DNA of 64,000 nt, taken from positions 186,001 to 250,000 of the forward strand of contig JAKMXF010000155.1 of assembly GCA_024704765.1 (NCBI GenBank), given 5' to 3'. Numbering within the stretch: position 1 is the first letter of the stretch; each line of letters starts with the position of its first letter. A model generated the notes under the pieces. The model was not told the origin of the DNA and made no database searches. It saw nothing but the letters and a program-made list of their open reading frames with translations. The position numbers were made by a program, and so were the translations under genes. The stretch is from Oopsacas minuta (Eukaryota > Animalia > Porifera). Shown in pieces: positions 39,724 to 51,468 of the stretch.

Positions 39724-40649
39724 CACGGCGGGCCAGGGAAAAAATTGTATTTCCTTATCAGCTTTTCATTCGTGTGAGATTGATTTATTATTTGTTAACA
39801 AAGATCCTGATATAAATTGAATATTTCGAATTTCAGGATCACTTAAATGTATATTTTACACCGAAACCGCTATACCAGAAATCTATGCATAATAAATACA
39901 CTATGAATGTTTATACATTTAGAATTTGAATAATTTTGCAAAATTGAAAGTTGAGTTCTAATGATTGGTGAAATTAAATGTATTTCAATGGTGGATTTCG
40001 GTATCATTATTAATCGATATTTTCACATGAAATTTACGAAAATTTATTGGTGAAACACAAAGATATTGTTCAATTACCTATTAATTTTGTATGTAATTGG
40101 TGGACCAGACTCTGAAACCTTTTTGTCATAGATTTCACAGCCCTGCACTAACCGAACAAAAGTATCCAACACTGGAAATATCCAAATACTGTATTTCCAT
40201 AAATTAAGCGCAGGAGGCCAGAATAAGACTCCAACACTTGTGAATAAAAATTAATACCACCCTCTAAAATAATTTTATCCTGGAAACTTACGCCTCATTT
40301 GATTCTGCAACAATTAAGGATAATTTTTCCCAAAATCAGTATTTTGTCAAAAATTGTAAATTTTTACGAAAAAATAGCTACGAAAAGAATACAAATCTTT
40401 GCGCATATTCAGGAAAATACAGTATATATACTGGCAATTAGGCAAACTGTCAGGTAGCAGTAGTGGATATGGACACCTTAGAGTGTGAATAGATACGCGT
40501 TAGGATATGCATTAATTTTTCTATATATTTCCATTCATATTGTTAGTTATTCACATTTATCTCAAATTGAATATATTAAACTCAAGCTTGCTGATTACAT
40601 ATTGAGCTTAAGTTAGTTTCATCCTAAAATTCTAATTTGATATTCATTG

Positions 40650-41030
40650 ATGGCAGAAAGGATCAGTATTCCGGAATTACGCAAGGATGAACGTGTCGAT
40701 AAATGGAAGCCCCTGATTGAACCAGCTACGGCAGTTATTAGAACAACCGAAGGGGCAGGGGAGAAGCTTTACAGATGCTACCATCACACATTTGCAGCAA
40801 GTTAGCGGAGAGAGAATTAGTTGTAGAGGTGGTAGCTGAGCATTAGAGACTGGAGATATTGAAGCAACTTTTAAAGGTTTCTCCTTGACCTAGACCCGCC
40901 GCCAAACTCACTTCGAGCCCAACAAATCTTGTGTAGGACGGACTGTGTTACGTGTACAAGGAAAAGAAATAGACATTTTTCTATCGGCTGAAGTACGCAG
41001 GAAATGAAGCTAAGGCCCCAATAATCATGA
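40650..41030 (+). pseudogene. Possible LTR-retrotransposon gag relic
   Basis: MAERISIPELRKDERVDKWKPLIEPATAVIR... then a disrupted helical frame. GC-richer than the flanks. No pol or paired LTRs seen. Confidence 0.3.
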
Positions 41031-41207
41031 CCTGCGGCGTCTTAGTGGGGGCAGCTACTTGAAACTGAATAACCGGATATTAAGATATGGATCAAGAATC
41101 GCTTTTGGAAAGTAATCTCAGCACTTCGTACCTCAGGTATTAAGAAATTCTGAAAATTTGAGTTTTTGTAAATTCGTGATGACAAAATAATCCCTTGATG
41201 AGTTAGA

Positions 41208-41470
41208 AAAATCATGACGTGAGGACCTTTGTTACATTGAGGGGTATCTGTGATTCAAATTTCAAACTTCTATCATGTATATTGGCAGGGCAGTGGTTGA
41301 TAATGTGATTTCGAAATCCAAAAAGGTGATAATGAAGTGATAATTCCGTCATAGGTGTAATTTTCGTCCAAGACTCAAAATTGTCCGAGCCAGGCCCAAA
41401 ATACCCTTGTATGCCAAAAATCAACCGTGCCCAGTTTCTTCATCAATTTTGGACTCACAAACGTATATGT
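41208..41470 (+). repeat. Dispersed repeat family A, further copy
   Basis: Aligns with 19225-19495. Confidence 0.6.
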
Positions 41471-41939
41471 ATATATATATGTTACCTCCAAATTGAGTAA
41501 GGTTCTTCTTATACAAAAGTTGAGATTCAATGTTATGCTTATCCAAAAAAACAACATTTTATAATTTTAAGGATATGTTATGATCTGCTAAAATACAGTA
41601 AATTAATGAGGTATCTAGGCTCATACTACGAATATTATCCTTCAATTGACTTATTTGCATTTATATGGTTTAATACGCTTAATATTTAAATATATACACA
41701 ATATACAATAAAAATCATGAGAAATTAGGAAATAATGTAGTAAACGTACTTCTGGAAACACTATTAAGCAATCGAGATGTTTCTGCTATTGATCATTGTC
41801 GATATTACATCGTGCAAAGAGCTATTCTTGAATTGCCTCCAAATTTTCGGCAGAAACAATTTCCATTCTGCTTCAGTCTCCCCTCTATCAATGTCTGGTT
41901 GTGACACCATCATCATCACCAAAGTTGTCATGTTGTAAA

Positions 41940-42785
41940 ACACTATAGTAATTGATTAACATCTCCATCTTTTCCTTACCATAGTTAGGTGGGTTTTAGG
42001 GAGATGGCGAGGGTCAAAAACGGGAATAGAAGAGACTAAATCAGTGCACTCCATCCTATTTCGGAAATGGTCAATCACGCTTTGTATATATGGCCGATAC
42101 ACTGTCTGAAGAAATTGAATTTTTACCTCTCCCCTGATCACAGTTTGTTTTCTACTAAGCTGAGTATGAAGTGTAAAACTATAGATTGGTTCTTGAACGA
42201 AGCGGTACTGTTTGCTATTTCTGTTATCTCTGTTAGTATTTCAGTGGTACTCTTGACCATAATGGCACACTGCAAAGGTCAATCGCTTTCCCCTGTAAAA
42301 ATCCTTGTAACTTGGCAACAGTATCGAGTACATCTGATAGCATATAGATACAAGCTACAGTTTTGTATTTTGACAAGAGAGTCGCAATTCCATATGCTTC
42401 TGCATCACAAGTTTCATCATAAATCTCTTCAAAGCTGCGTACCATGCTGGGATACTCCGTCGTACAGCACGCACGGCTCTTCCACCTGCAAGCCATCGAG
42501 TATCACTAGGTTTTACCATTTAAATTTCAGGAGAGTGGAGTTCCACTTGGATCAGTGAAAGTTTTTCTGCTTCTTGAGAGAATAATGGAAAGCTCTCCAG
42601 ATTGTTAACATTATACCTAAACTCTCAATATTTGTACATGTTCTGCACAAGCATTGACAGTAGCAAGTTGAAGTTTATGGGACCTGTAGTGGATATAAAT
42701 TACACTTGCTGCAAGTAATCTCAGGCTCCTTTGAACGCCACTTATATGGCCAGACATTTATTAGTACCATTAAACCAAGGATGGA
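41940..42785 (-). pseudogene. hAT (ZNF862-like) transposase relic, catalytic region only
   Basis: SGVQRSLR...IHYRSHKLQLA; MVKPSDTRWLA; DAEAYGIATLLSKYKTVACIYMLSDVL; YIQSVIDHFRNR...VFDPRHLP. Confidence 0.7.
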
Positions 42786-43637
42786 TTTCTCTCAGGGACA
42801 TCGTCAGGGTGGAGAAGCTTGCCAGTGCCGCAGGGTGTTAAGTCAGGGCAGGTAATACTGGCTGATTGTCCCATGTGCAGTCCCTATCTGTACTGGTCGG
42901 ACTAATGCTAGCCCTGTCAGGGTACGAAATGGGTATTCTCACATCATCCCCCTTTTCAATAGTCTTGCTACGTTTCATGCTAGACTGTATCATCTCAGCT
43001 CCTTACTTTCTGAGTGCTCTCCAGCCTCCTTTACGGAGTTTCTCAGAATTTCGCGTTTTTCTGCGGTACTCATCCCGCGGACAGAAGATCGGTACAGGAG
43101 TCTTACCTTACGCGTCTAGTCGGTCCAGGCAGTCAGCATGAAATTGATCCAGTTTACAATTGGCTACCCTCACAGTACAGTTGCCAAAATCTATTACACA
43201 AATTGGACAGAGAGGATGGTCAGTGAAGTAGCGAGTAGGTGTCAGATACGTACGGAATAGATGACGGTGGCCAGAGGTAATGTTTGTATAAGGTGTAACA
43301 TGTGTTCCGATCAGCAGGGGTAGAGTAAGGTTGTAGGAATCGTCATCAAGATCGTCGGCAAACACACATCCTGCCTTTGTTGGCTTGGCAAATGGCGCAG
43401 AGGCGTACGAAGAGGACAATTGCTGCACGAAGCACGTGATAGTTGTTCTCATGAAATACTCGTACAGCCTGTCACGTCCCCATGACTGAGCTTATGATGA
43501 GCGGCCACCAACATATCCCACAGGTCTTAGCCATACACGTAGCTTGCTCCGTGTAATCCACCGGATTTCACCCCTTTTCAAGTACAGGAAATTTACTCCC
43601 TCAAACTCCTCCCCACATAGCGCACCTTGGTCCTGCT
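42786..43637 (-). pseudogene. Ginger-like integrase relic lacking the catalytic core
   Basis: After frameshift repair: DLWDMLVAAHHKLSHGGRDRLY...LCAIC (HHCC finger); CPIC-x6-C-x6-C-x5-H-x2-C...CPRD (PHD-like); KGDDVRIPISYPDRA; LTPCGTGKLLHPDDVP, parallel to the Ginger copy 2 C-terminus. Confidence 0.6.
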
Positions 43638-46091
43638 TAGGATCCCAATCCCGGGATTTCGGGATTGATGGAACAATTGTATGAACCTATAAATTTGTTT
43701 AGGGAATAGATATGTCATATAAGCGTTTAATAATATATTTAGGACAGCAATAGAATGATTAAAAGAAGACATAGTAAGAAACTAATATTAACTAATGTTA
43801 ATCGTTTGGTGATATTAATATACTTATCGTGATTATTTTTCTCATTGTTTCGAATAAAACATAGAGTATCTATAGACTCATCGTCAAGCTTGGTCCTCAA
43901 CTTATTACAAAGGCAAGCAGCCGATGAAAACACACTCGTCCAGCTTCTACTGATGTTGGTGGAACAATATACATCATTTGGTATATGTTTTCTAATAAAC
44001 TGCCTCCCTTCCCTATCTGTTCTGTTACTGATAATTTGTATTTGAAATTCGTTGATAACGATGATTTACAATGAGATATTTCTTGAGACTTTCAAAGAGA
44101 CGCATCAATGGCAATTTGAAGTTTATTCGCAATTGATAAATCTTCTGATTCGAATACTTCAGAACTGTTTTCTGTAGCATCTGTGAGCTCCATTTCATTA
44201 GAGAGAGTTTCTTTCCCATTTTCTTCCATCCTCAATAATTGCTCACCGAAAAATTTGTTGACTACTACCTTTTTTTCTCTAGTTGGGCTCGAGGATTATG
44301 TATATATTGAATTATCACAGATGTATCCGTATAACGTTCTTGAATAATACGCTGATCGATTGCTTCTAAGATACGAGTATTATAATGTGAAATAGGTTTC
44401 TTGAGTTCATCTAACAAAAATTTTATCGTTGCTTCTGCTGTTATTAAATTTGTATCTTGTTTATAGAGGGCCTGTATAGCTATCTTCATGGACTTAGAGC
44501 TTCAGTAATAGATTCAATTTGGAGGAATTCTATATCACTAGGGTGTATTTAGACACCAAGGTTTAACAAAGCCTTTTGAACTGATAACTTAATTTTAAAT
44601 AGTCTCACAAACATTCTAATAGCGAACTACATCGGGTTTTGCAATAGAGGATAAAATTTAATCCATTAGGATAATTCTCTTAATATATTTTTATAATGTT
44701 TCGTTTTAGAGAGGAGAGCGGTTAAAAAGTTTGATAATTTGACGAACTCTGAATACTAAATCACTTATATCATAACTTAACTCGATTGAGTTTCTAGATC
44801 TGTTGTATTTAGGACAGTTAATCCACTACGTTCTTCGTCATCAGAACTGATTTCATCTTCATCGGTCCCACTTGTATCATACAACTCACTGGTACCTGTA
44901 AATTGATTACGATAAAATACATCTTGTATGATAAGTTGAAGTCCGTTAGCGTACCACAGCTGTTGGAAAGGGGGTGATATTCGACCTAGTTTAGTCATCA
45001 TAGAACAGCCATCGGTTGTGATTGCAACTATATCAGTTTGAAAATTTATACCAAATTCACTCAGCTTCTTCGAGATTAAATTTGAACATCCGCTGAAAAA
45101 CTTCCCCTCATTCTAAATATCCCAAGATTCCAGAAATAACCTTTGCCATGGATATTTATGTTTATATATCTTTTATTTTGCCAACAGGCCCACTTGTCCA
45201 AGGTGAGACAAAATTTTTCTCCAATTGATTTGTGATATGCTAAACATCTGAAAACCTTTTCAGGGAAATGTCTGCGGTATTGCATCACTAGCTTTCATAT
45301 CACAGTTGCAGATTTCGGGAGGGGGTGGCCCAGTGCAGTGAGAGATTTGCGTAAGTCTTGTGATGTAATAAAAATCTTGAAAGAAAACCTATCACAGGCA
45401 GTCATTCTAACAAGTACTGCGGGGAGGCAAGAATCAGTCATAAAAAATCCAATTTCTTAACAGCATTAAGTTTCTTTGGATTGTTTAGAGAATTTCCCTC
45501 TCCAATTTTACGTTTTATTAGATCAATATTGTGAACTGACTTTAGGTGAACGTCTAAACCTTTTCTGGATCCTCCATCACATTTTAGAATCTTGGTACAT
45601 ATTTGACATTGTGCCAATTTACCACATTTAGATCTTTGATAATGTGTCCAAACTTCTCCCTCTTCAAATTTTAGAAAGACAATATTTTTCTCTGCCATAT
45701 TGATAAAGGAATATGATTGTAGACTATGATTATGGTAATTTCTCAATGATTTAAATCTACGAATATTTATATAATTTGTATGATGTCAGGTTCTCACGTT
45801 TGCGAATGTGTTATAGGTGTATTAGCAACCTAAAGCTACCTGATTGAAGAAGACAGTTTAGATTAGGTGATACCAAGGTGTAAATGTCTAATCAATCAAT
45901 TCAACAAATAATTGACAACTTGCTACATTTACAGAATATACCTTAATAGAAATAGGATTATGTATCATGCGATAAAATAACATTTGAGTTGCCTCATTGC
46001 TTTGTGAACATCAGAGAATGAGATAGACCCCGTGATGCAAAAATCTAATTCCAGGTGAAAATGGATCGGGACCCCGGGATTGGGACCCCTA
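43638..46091 (-). mobile_element. hAT transposon with BED-finger transposase (TAGG termini)
   Basis: TIR TAGGATCCCAATCCCGGG versus TAGGGGTCCCAATCCCGGG; TSD GTCCTGCT/GTCCTGCC (7/8). Confidence 0.85.
43739..45698 (-). pseudogene. BED zinc-finger hAT transposase pseudogene
   Basis: VWTHYQR...AQCQICTKILKCDGGSRKGLDVHLKSVH (BED finger); CLTLDKW...RYININIH; FSSAACLCNKLRTKLDDESIDTLCF. Many lesions. Confidence 0.8.
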
Positions 46092-46847
46092 GTCCTGCCC
46101 CAATTTGGATCGTTGGTGTTGCAACCATCCTCTCTGTAGCTCTCTATAATCCCATCTCTCTCCCCACCAAATGTAAATTGATTAAGCTAGTAAAGCTCTG
46201 GTTCGAAAATTTCTTTAGTATTTGACGAAAGGAAAAGTATATTGATTTTGTCCAGATGAAACAAACGTAAACAATAACAACACATTAATAGTAACTAGTT
46301 AGAAATAGCGCAGTAACTGTCGCGTGATAGCACACAAGTGTTTCCATAGGCCTAACACCCCAGTAGCGTACCGTAAAATGGGGCGAAATTGGCCCTAAGA
46401 GGTTACTTTGTCCCATTTAGAATATTTAGTGAAATACAGCCAAATAGTTTTAAGATATTGCGGTTCAATACCTTGGATAAAAATCAAAAGTAACATTCGA
46501 CATATATCAATATAATCACTTTGATTCAGAAGGTATTGAGACCTTATGGATCATTGTTTCATTCATTTAAGTATTTAGAGTCATATGTCAACTAAGTTAT
46601 TATATTTAGAACTTCTTTGGAATTTTCGAGCAAGGGCATCATTATGCACATTGTTCAGTCAAGTTTTTCCATAGTATACCATAATAAAGTAATATTTATT
46701 CAAACAACAAACAAGTGCAACTGTTAGATTTGTATTTTATGTGTAATATTGAGAATCATCATTTTGTCCAAAATTTGCGGTGGGTTGGCCCCACATTGGA
46801 ATATGTTATCAATATAAAATGTGTATATTTATAGACCACAATTAGCA

Positions 46848-48560
46848 ATGCCACGTAAATATAAACGAGCTTCAAAGCAGTAGGACATATAGGGACTACT
46901 CTACAGAAAATTAGACTCTGCTTTGAATTTTAATTCGTGCGAAAAAGATAACTAAGCGAAATGCAGCTAAGCCTTTTAAGGTCCCAAGAAACACCTTAAA
47001 ATATAAGCTGAAGGGGGAACATAGGTTACCATTTGGTGGACACAAAGCTTTGAGACGAAGCCGAAAATGCAATTCTACAGTATTGCATAGTAATGAGTGA
47101 TTATGGGTTTCATCTTAACACGTATGATCTGAAGTGTATTGTTAAATCCTATTTGGATAAATCTGGATGCCAGAACTTAGATTCAAACAAAACATGCCAG
47201 GAATTGAATGAACCCGTAGTTTTCTAAAACACAATAAAAATATCTCTCAGATTTTCTTCAAATATCAGCAAAACAAAAGTTTCTTTTTCTTCTGAAACGA
47301 TAACTGAATTCTTTAATCACATGTCAAAGGAACTAGATTCTATCCCACCATAAAATATATGGAACTACGATGAGACGAATTTAACTGACGACCGAGGTAC
47401 AAAGAAAGTAACATACAAAAGGGGTTGTAAATATCCACTATGGATATTAAATATATCTAAAGTATCTACGAGTTTAATGTACTGTGGAAATGCTATGGGA
47501 GAATTACTTCCCCCTTATGTGGTTTACAGGCAGAATACTTATTGAGCACCTGGACGGAGGAAGGGTCTTCTGGCACTAGATGCAATAGAAGCAAATCTGG
47601 ATGGTTTGATAGTGTTATATTCGGCGATTGGTTTTTCTAACTAACTTTACCAAAGCTCAAACGCCAGGAAGGGAAAAAGATCTTATGAGGAGATAATTTA
47701 TTATCACATATGAGCTTGGAAGTAATAAATTCCTGTAAAGAAAACCAAATAGCTTTTGTTTGTATGACACCCAACTCAACACATCCTACACAGTCATTTG
47801 ATATTGCTTTCTACAAACCTCTAAAGCTAAATTGGCGGAAAGTTCTAACAGCCTGGAAAGTGAATACATCTACATAATCCTCGGTGATGTCAAAGGATCA
47901 ATTACCCAGGCAATTAAAACGACTTCACGAATCTATAGAGGGAAAGGCAACTGAAAATATAATTTCAAGTTTTAGGAAGCCAGGAATATACCCATTAGAT
48001 AGAAGTCAGGTTCTATCTAGACTCCACCATAAAAGGGATGATCTTGAGTTTATTTTAGTTCTATTTTTTAGCAAAAGAAAGTGAGCTCCGTACAGATACA
48101 GCTAAAAAACCTAGAAGAAAAAAAGGAGATTAAATGTTAAACCTGGGATGAGTGTAACAGGGGAAAATATCGAACTCGGAGTAGAGAGAGATTGTGCTTG
48201 TGGAGATAATATCCTCACTGATATGTCTGATATGATAAAGGATCAAGAAGAGACTACTGAAAAGAACAAGGAGGTTTTGGTTTCAGATATGGAACTAGAA
48301 GAGATAACAGTGACAACCACAAAACATTTGAAGCCCAAAGTGGGCTTTCAGGTAGTTGTTCAATATGAAGGCGAACTATTTCCTGGTATAGTAGAGGGGA
48401 TAGACCTAAAAGGGGGCAGTGGTTAACGTAATGAGAAAATATGGGAAGTACTGGAAGTGGCGGGAAATAAAGATGAAATATTTTATTCGTGAAGCCAAAT
48501 AAAAATGACGATTCAAGACTCAGACTTAGTTAATTAGCAGAGGGATGTATAAGCTCCCGG
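46848..48560 (+). pseudogene. pogo-like (HTH_psq, CENP-B HTH, DDE_1) transposase pseudogene
   Basis: MPRKYKR; VPRNTLKYKL; WNYDETNLTD; GELLPPYVVY; SKSGWFD; GDNLLSH; PNSTHPTQSFDIAFYKPLK. Heavily disrupted. Confidence 0.75.
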
Positions 48561-48791
48561 AATTCGATCACCGATGGACATGATTAGAATGGAATGTGTG
48601 TTAGAACATAAAGTATGAAGTATACCCATGTTAATTTCATTCCTCATACCTTAGTATAACTTAGTATTTTTATCGTCTTTATATGAATATGAAATGTTCA
48701 TATTCCAACGAGTTGAACATAGCAGGACAATTTCACCCCAAAATAAGTTTGGCCTTGGCCCGACATATATTCTAGATAAACCAGTTAGTAG

Positions 48792-49472
48792 CAGTGCCGG
48801 ATCCAGGGGGGGGATAGGGGGGATATATCCCCCCACCAGACTTTTGGCCTCCTAGTCTTTCGAATTCATTCTGATTATTATTTTTATTTTTCATACAATA
48901 TTTCAATCATGTCTTTGATTTATAGCATTTTTGCAATTATTTGTCGCTACTCAACTTCTCTCGGTTGTGAAATTAGTATAATGTACATATATATATAGCG
49001 CTAGGTTTGGTAATTGCCTTCACCTTTTTGAAAAACAGGCTCAGATCATCAATGTTGGACGAACGACTAAACGGATAGCTTTGATGTATATTCATAAGGA
49101 TATAGAAATTGATATATCTAACGTAATCAATCGATTTGCACTTGCAAAAAGCGCAAAATAGATTTTGTAATATAGTATCGTAATTTAGATTTTAGATTTT
49201 TTATATTCTATTCTGAATGAATAATTTAACACATATTCTATATACGTGCATACGTTATTAGATGATATAGATTAAATGTAGTAATCTAAACTGGATACAA
49301 GTGGAATATAGGAAAGACCTTCAATCAGTGAGAATAGAATAAAATACACATGAAATTGCAGTTAGTTGGGTGGCAGGGCTTCGCCCCTGGACCCCACTGG
49401 GGGGCTTACAGCGCCCCAGACCCCCAGCTGGGTTGATATCCCCCCCACCAGAGATTCCTGGATCTGCCACTG
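48792..49472 (+). mobile_element. hAT deletion derivative (681 bp) retaining a transposase C-terminal remnant
   Basis: TIR CAGTGCCGGATCCAGG versus CAGTGGCAGATCCAGG; perfect 8-bp TSD GTTAGTAG; internal LKNRLRSSMLDERLNG*ALMYIH remnant. Confidence 0.88.
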
Positions 49473-49753
49473 GTTAGTAGTACACAAAAGCTTAGCTAAT
49501 GTATTACCGAAACATGTTACAATCCAACAAGAAAAAAATAATCTAAAAATACAATATTCAAAGGTATTGTTTAACCAGATACATTGATAAACTTGGAATA
49601 ATGGGTCGAAGTACCCCCATTGTACCATATATTGATTAGTGATTACACAAATATATTTACATTTTGGATAACCATTATATCATAAGTAGAAAAGTATTTA
49701 AGAATAACCTTACTAAATTTGGAGGGTGACAAATATACATAAATATACATATA

Positions 49754-51095
49754 TAGTCTGTAACATAAAAATTGAGAAAATTGAATATTACTATCCTACC
49801 ACATTAACTCTCAGTGTTTAGTAATAAGCTGGATTCCACCTACTCAAATCACTTGACTTGATATATTTTTACTTATTAATGACCTTTGTTAGATTCTTTG
49901 GGCATTTTTTCACTAGGGTAGGAGTCGGAAATTTTTGTAAGACGTAATATTTTCAACTTTTCGTCCGGATAATTTGTTTTAATATTTACTGATAATGATG
50001 CAAACTGTCAGATCTAACTATGAATGAAAAACAGAAAAGAGAGGCAATTGATGTTCTAATAAAACGTGGTGAGCTTTCTATGAAGGATATTTCCAAATCT
50101 TTGGGTATAAGTTTGGCGACAGTCTATAAAGTAAAATCTAGAGATTCAAATATTGTTGGTTTGGGGCGCAAGAGAGGATCTGGAAGGCCACCTACTATGA
50201 GATTCTCGATTCTAAGAAGTCTGGCCCAACAAATTAGACGTAGGCCATATTTGTCTACAAGGTCTTTAGCCCATCTTATTCCTGGCAGGCCATCTCACGA
50301 AACCATTTGGTGTGCCTTAAAAACGGTTGATTACACTAAGAAATAGCCATCTAATCCACCCTTAGTAAGTGAAAAAGACAGAATCTTTCGAGTAAAATGG
50401 GCCAGAAAGCACATGTATCCTAAGAAATCATGGGCGCAAACTGTTTTGCCGATGAGATGTCTATATGGCTCGGTAGAGGAAAGATAAAAATGTGGACAAA
50501 ATCTTGGAAAACACGTGTGGTTCCAACAACGAAACATGTCCCAAAATTAATGTATGGGCTGCATTTAGCTCAATGGGAACATTTCCACTCCGTATCTTCA
50601 CTGGCAATATGGATGCTAAGATGTTCATACGCATTTTAGAAGGCCATTTGCTAACCCAGGCTGAAATATTTCATCAGGACCAATGGTGCCTGGTAATAGA
50701 TAATGATCCCAAACACATTCCTAAAGTTGCTAAGGCATTTCTAATAAAAAATATCCCTAAACAACTACCATGGCCATCCCAAAGTCCAGATTTAAAACCC
50801 TACTGAAATTTGTTTGCTTGGGAAAACGAGAAATTTTGAAACGAGGTCGCAGGACAATATTGAACTCAAGAGAGAGCTAGAATTATTGTGGGCAGACATA
50901 AGTCCTGATTTTCTTCAGCCCTACTGTGATTCACTACCACGACGTTGTAAAATGGTCATAGAATCGAATGGATTTCCAATTAAATATTGATTAGTATTGT
51001 ATTATTAGTGCACTGTGCTATTGATAACTTGATTAAGCGAATATTATTGAAGCAACAGAAATAGGAGCAATTCTCAATATTTATGTTACAGACTG
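49754..51095 (+). mobile_element. Tc1-type DD34E element (1342 bp)
   Basis: TIR TAGTCTGTAACATAAAAATTGAGAA versus CAGTCTGTAACATAAATATTGAGAA; TA on both flanks. Confidence 0.82.
50020..50990 (+). pseudogene. DD34E transposase pseudogene
   Basis: LGISLATVYK...SGRP; FADEMS; DNDPKH...WPSQSPDL-NP-EN after frameshift repair (34-residue spacing). Confidence 0.8.
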
Positions 51096-51126
51096 TATAT
51101 ATATGTTATGGGCAATATGAGAAATT

Positions 51127-51290
51127 GGGCATTATGCATAATGCCCAGGCAATATGCATAATGCTACTTTTTTAGTCAATATGCATAATGTCCAGGCAAT
51201 ATGCATAATGCTACTTTTTTAGTCAATATGCATAATGTCCAGGCAATATGAATAATGCTACTTTTTTAGTCAATATGCATAATGCTACTC
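51127..51290. repeat. Left subterminal array of Ginger copy 2
   Basis: Seven copies of (CA)ATATGCATAATG with alternating short (TCCAGG-type) and CTACTTTTTTAGT spacers (20+27 = 47-bp dimer). The first copy is the perfect palindrome GGGCATTATGCATAATGCCC. Confidence 0.9.
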
Positions 51291-51468
51291 TCATTGGAAA
51301 ATATACGAAATACAATTATCCATACGCAATATACAATTTTCTTATCTTGTTATCAGTAATTTTTATATAACAATATGTTTTGGCTAATTATTCTTCTATA
51401 AATACTCAGCTACTTGGCTTACATTTCTTCTTTGCTAATAGTACTATGAGGTCTCTATTTTCACAACT

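Larger units (their letters stand above)
46371..49627 (+). mobile_element. pogo/Tigger-like element with a nested hAT derivative
   Basis: Imperfect TIR CCGTAAAATGGGG versus TGGTACAATGGGG plus a shared CAATACCT.TG.ATA block about 60-90 bp inward; TA on both flanks. Confidence 0.65.

Noticed and set aside
40448-40650. Possible LTR and primer-binding site upstream of the gag-like relic
   Set aside because: No second LTR in the window and no convincing tRNA complementarity.
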